A stretch of DNA of 64,000 nt from Iphione sp. A-MEVVRFRX5 (Eukaryota), in NCBI GenBank assembly GCA_976226885.1, contig OZ320318.1:57164001-57228000 (forward strand), given 5' to 3'. Of this stretch, positions 60,047 to 64,000 are shown in pieces. How positions within the stretch are numbered: the first letter of the stretch is position 1; every line of letters begins with the position of its first letter. The position numbers and the translations under genes were made by a program. Below the pieces are notes generated by a model. That model saw nothing but the letters and a program-made list of their open reading frames with translations. It was not told the DNA's origin and searched no databases.

Positions 60047-60327
60047 TTCATAACGAATTTGAGAGAGAGCAGCGACGGGCAGCCAACACCTGGAGCAGGT
60101 GCGAGCTCTTCAATGAGTAACCCTTCGGTTCATAATGAATTTGGGAGAGAGCAGCGATGGGCAGCTGACACATGGAGAAAGTGTGAGCTCTTCAATGAGT
60201 ACCTTAACCCTTTGATTCATAACAAACTTGGGGGAGGGCGGTGCCTGGCGGCCGACACCTGGAAGAGGTGCGAGCTCTTCAATGAGTAGCCATCCCTCTG
60301 ATTTATAATGAACTTGGGGGGAGAGCA
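60047..60327. repeat. 82-87-bp tandem repeat x3.3
   Basis: Units start TTCATAA at 60047, 60129 and 60216 (partial at about 60302). All full units contain GAGCTCTTCAATGAGTA. Confidence 0.9.
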
Positions 60328-60592
60328 TTCCCTTTTTGCGTAGTATTTTAATGTCTTTTTATCAACTAAGAGCATTCAGATTCGGAAATCAAATATTTGA
60401 GTTAAATGACTGGATAGACCAACATTGGCTCTAGGACTTGAAATGGTCCTGATGCCATCAACAGGAACATCACGTATAGGAAAGAGGTTCTGTCCATATA
60501 TAAAACAATTATTACATAAAACCATCATTAATACACAATACTGACGAAACACCAGCCTAGCATACTTCTATCACTGTATATCTTATTCTATT

Positions 60593-61261
60593 TGTGACGT
60601 TCTGCTCCCCTTTTGGGGGTGCCCTTTTTTTTGATACTGAGGATGTCACTTTCCTCGGGGATCGATTGGGTGGGTATTGTGGATTAAAGCACCTCCTACC
60701 TCGGGTTTTTCTCCTTGAATCCTAGATTCTTTTCTTCTTTCCTAGTCCAGAGCTGCCTCGAGTCCTGGGTCTTTTAATCTTCAATCTGATGTTTCTTCCT
60801 TCCGACAAGGATTAATAAAGCTTTGTGTTCATGCACCTGTCCTGTGTTGCTTATTTTTGGTTTTGGATTCGCGTGCCATGCTGGGAGGCTGGAGTCCCTC
60901 CGGCTGAAGAGTCCACTCAACTGGATGTTTTGCCTGGAGAGAGAGCCGGAGGATAGGCAGTTTCTCCAGCAGGGCTCTGGCCTGGTCTCGGCCCCTATGG
61001 AGACTCAAGGAGGAAGATGAAAGTGCTGGATTCTGAGTCTCTGTTTCTCGAGCAATCTCTCTATGGAGGATGTGCATGCTACTTTTATAAATCCCCGGTC
61101 CCAGGTTCTCCCTTTCCATTGGCTGAAAAGGGCTATTCTGATTGGACGGTTTGGGGAGAGAGCTGCTCTGATTGGCTTGCATAAGTAAGCACCCCATGGT
61201 GGGGCCCAGGAGATCAAAGGGATTCCAGGTAATGACAAATGGGAGCCCTAGAAATTGCACA
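60593..61261 (-). promoter_or_regulatory. LTR-like segment with three CCAAT boxes and a TATA box
   Basis: Minus-strand CCAAT at 61175-71, 61145-41 and 61122-18, and TATAAAA at 61089-83. The segment ends in CGTCACA (60599-60593), a typical LTR terminus. No second LTR or clean TSD was seen. Confidence 0.4.
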
Positions 61262-64000
61262 ATCTATTGGTGAAGACTGATGAGGGCCATAAACGTCAGT
61301 TTAAGCTAAAAGTGTACCAGAATTCTCATAAAGTTTGTACTCAGGGCCATAACGCCTGTCAGTGACTAGGAAAGATGATTGGATGGGTGATAACGAAGGG
61401 GTCCAGGTTCTTTGAAAAGGCCGACATCCAGGTCCAGCTCATTCAGGGGAGGAATTTGGACCGGAGTCACAAAGACAGGAATTTGTTGAGTATGCTGGAC
61501 ACCCAGAAGTAGGGCCATAAAGAGGGAGAAAATATTCTTCACCTGTCGGATCCCTTTCGAGTTGAGTTATAACGAAGTAGAAATCTCTTTTGATCTGGCA
61601 ACTACCTTTTGGATGGGTTGTGAAAGAGAGGGATTACTCACACCTGCTTAGATTGCTTTGGGGTGAGTCATAAAATGCTGGGAATCTGCTGACTGTCTTT
61701 TTGAAGGGAGCGTTGGTGTCCCTGGAATGGGGAGAGGGTGGGACGGGTATATGGTAAATGCCGAGTCGGCACAGAAGGCTCAGGTGAGATTGAATTCATC
61801 TTCCTACAATGGAATAGATTTTTAAGGGAGTTGTTGATCTCACATATTATATCATCATTTCATAGTTCAACTCTATCATTGTATTAATAATCAGTATGGA
61901 TAGAGTAATTTCTACTTCCCTCTGTGAAAACCGCCATTCTTATGGCGACAGTGAGCCAATAAATTGTGCTTAAATTGAATTGAATTAGAAAAAGTTAAGT
62001 TCAAATCCTGAAGTATATATTACAGGAAACTGTCCAGCGCACAAGAGGGATCCAATACCAGGGTAGGGCAAGCAATTAGTGTAACACACCGATCACCACC
62101 AATTCCCATCCCCCCACACACATACACTTCAAAGAAATGGTGCCAGCATCCATCGAAATCATTCTACCGCTATGAATAAGCCTGTGCATTATGATAGGGT
62201 TTCATTGACCGAAGTTCACGAACTGTAAGACACAGTGGATATGTGATTACAATGCATGTTAGACTGTACTGTCAACAACAGAGCGTCTGGCTGTCAGTGT
62301 AGCACGATATAAACACATGTGCCTATCCCGTCAGAGCTGTCAACGAAACAAGCTAGCTACGTGAGCACAATGCAACCCTAGAGACTACTACCTGTGAATA
62401 TCCTGGAACCATTACACAACATCACTGTTTGAAGGAAAAACGAATCAACATCCGACGTCACGTCATTTGTTTATCATGTTCTCTTCTGTTATTTAAAGAT
62501 ATAATTTTCAGGAGGATGAATAATCCCATGGAGCTGTTCGTAAAAGCTGCACAGCACAAAGAGCTGTTTGCTTCCGCTTAGCACAATCATGAACATTTTA
62601 TTGTGGCACCTAACATGAAGGCACCATTGTTCATGCTGTAACAAGTAACTCTATAGGGTAGTGTGCCGCAATGAGGACTAGACATCGTAGATGTTTTGTG
62701 ATTTGATGTGAAGAACACCTTAATCATCGGTTGCCTATGTTCTTGCTCTGTGAGTTTCAATAATAAAAACTGTATGTGGATGGGGCTTACTGTCACAATG
62801 CATTAGCCTAGCCCCAAACAATGATAACAGCATTAACGATTCCATCTGTAAGGTAAGAAACGGAAACATCAGGGTAACCGAAAGATTTGAAATATGATCG
62901 TGAAATATGTTCAGGTTATAAGAGGAACAATATATGCCATTTCGTGGCACCTTAAACATTAATAATGTTGCGATTGCATTTTATGTTACCTCTCTGCAGC
63001 TGGGAAGAATACAACTTTGGTGGGTTTTCCAGTCTACATGTATTTAATGTGAGCACATCATGCATACATGAGATGTCCATTACTATGTACATGTAGTGGG
63101 TAAAAGCATGAGGACAGCAATCATCAATTGTTCATTATTTCATTTGCATGAACATGGTCGATCACAGTCAGGATGTCAGCTGCTGTACAATTCTCAACTG
63201 GCACATCAAATCAGCAATCAATATTTTGCCATCAATTTTGTAGGTGTACCCTACCCTGGTTAGAGAATTGCTTTAAACAGACTAACAATAGAGTATTTCG
63301 CAGCAAAGGTTAACGAGTTGATACAACACAGTAGATCCGCTCTGCCATCGATTTCATGTACATTTATCTCTAGGTTAAGCTTAGGTTTACCTCTCAGTTT
63401 AATGAGTTAATACTAAGGGTATACCATGTTAATATTCTTGTTTGAAAAAAAAAACAAATATTTCTCTGCGTCAAGCTCCGCAAGCCTCCTAGGATGTGTT
63501 TGAGAAAGAGCAGCAAATGCGAGTAAGCATCTGTGAAAGCAAATAAAGACACTTTCCATACTGTACCATGTATCTTAGTGTGCATTTGCCGCAGTGCCAC
63601 TCTGATAACGTACATGTATTTAATACAAGAACATTTGATGAAAGGCTATACATTTTCTTATCGGCCCTTTTGAGATGTGAAGCTGAGACGATATCAATAT
63701 ATGTTCGGAAATAGATCTATACGTACAATGGATATATTCCTGACTGAAAATGATCTAGTATTGATATCGCTTTCCATTTACGTTACAGTAGTTTATAGTG
63801 TCACGCACACTGGAGGTTTTTACACGACAGAGTTTGTCTTGTCCCACAGGTTGATGTTCCCAAGAAACTGCGGCTTAGACAGGGAATATCATATTAATAC
63901 GAACATCAAATGGCTTCTAGTAAGGGTTTCCGCCGGGAGGCGGCAAGGTGTCACAATGCATGCATGGCATAAGATATTCTAGCCTGGCTGGTATGGTGGT

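Overview
This is eukaryotic (animal) genomic DNA of about 40% GC, gene-poor and rich in transposable elements. The TE complement (CR1/L2-type LINEs, Ngaro/DIRS, Gypsy, TA-flanked MITEs) suggests a bilaterian invertebrate, probably marine; that assignment is inference. I found one convincing intact host gene: an uninterrupted 420-aa leucine-rich-repeat ORF (36677-37939, +) with signal peptide, LRRNT, about 9 LRRs, LRRCT, a short T/P stalk and a hydrophobic tail. A frameshifted LRR-coding relic lies about 7.5 kb upstream of it. The best-resolved mobile element is an Ngaro-type retroelement (7599-10857, -) that keeps its split-direct-repeat layout and has the same CATT core at all three junctions but has lost its tyrosine recombinase. 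There is also a young 5'-truncated LINE (610-codon open frame, poly-A tail), several older LINE copies interrupted by MITEs, tandem arrays, and a marked excess of the palindrome TACATGTA. I saw no rRNA, intact tRNA, CRISPR array or prokaryotic operon. Most short ORFs in the supplied track look like noise or TE debris. All family assignments rest on motif recognition by eye; no searches were run.
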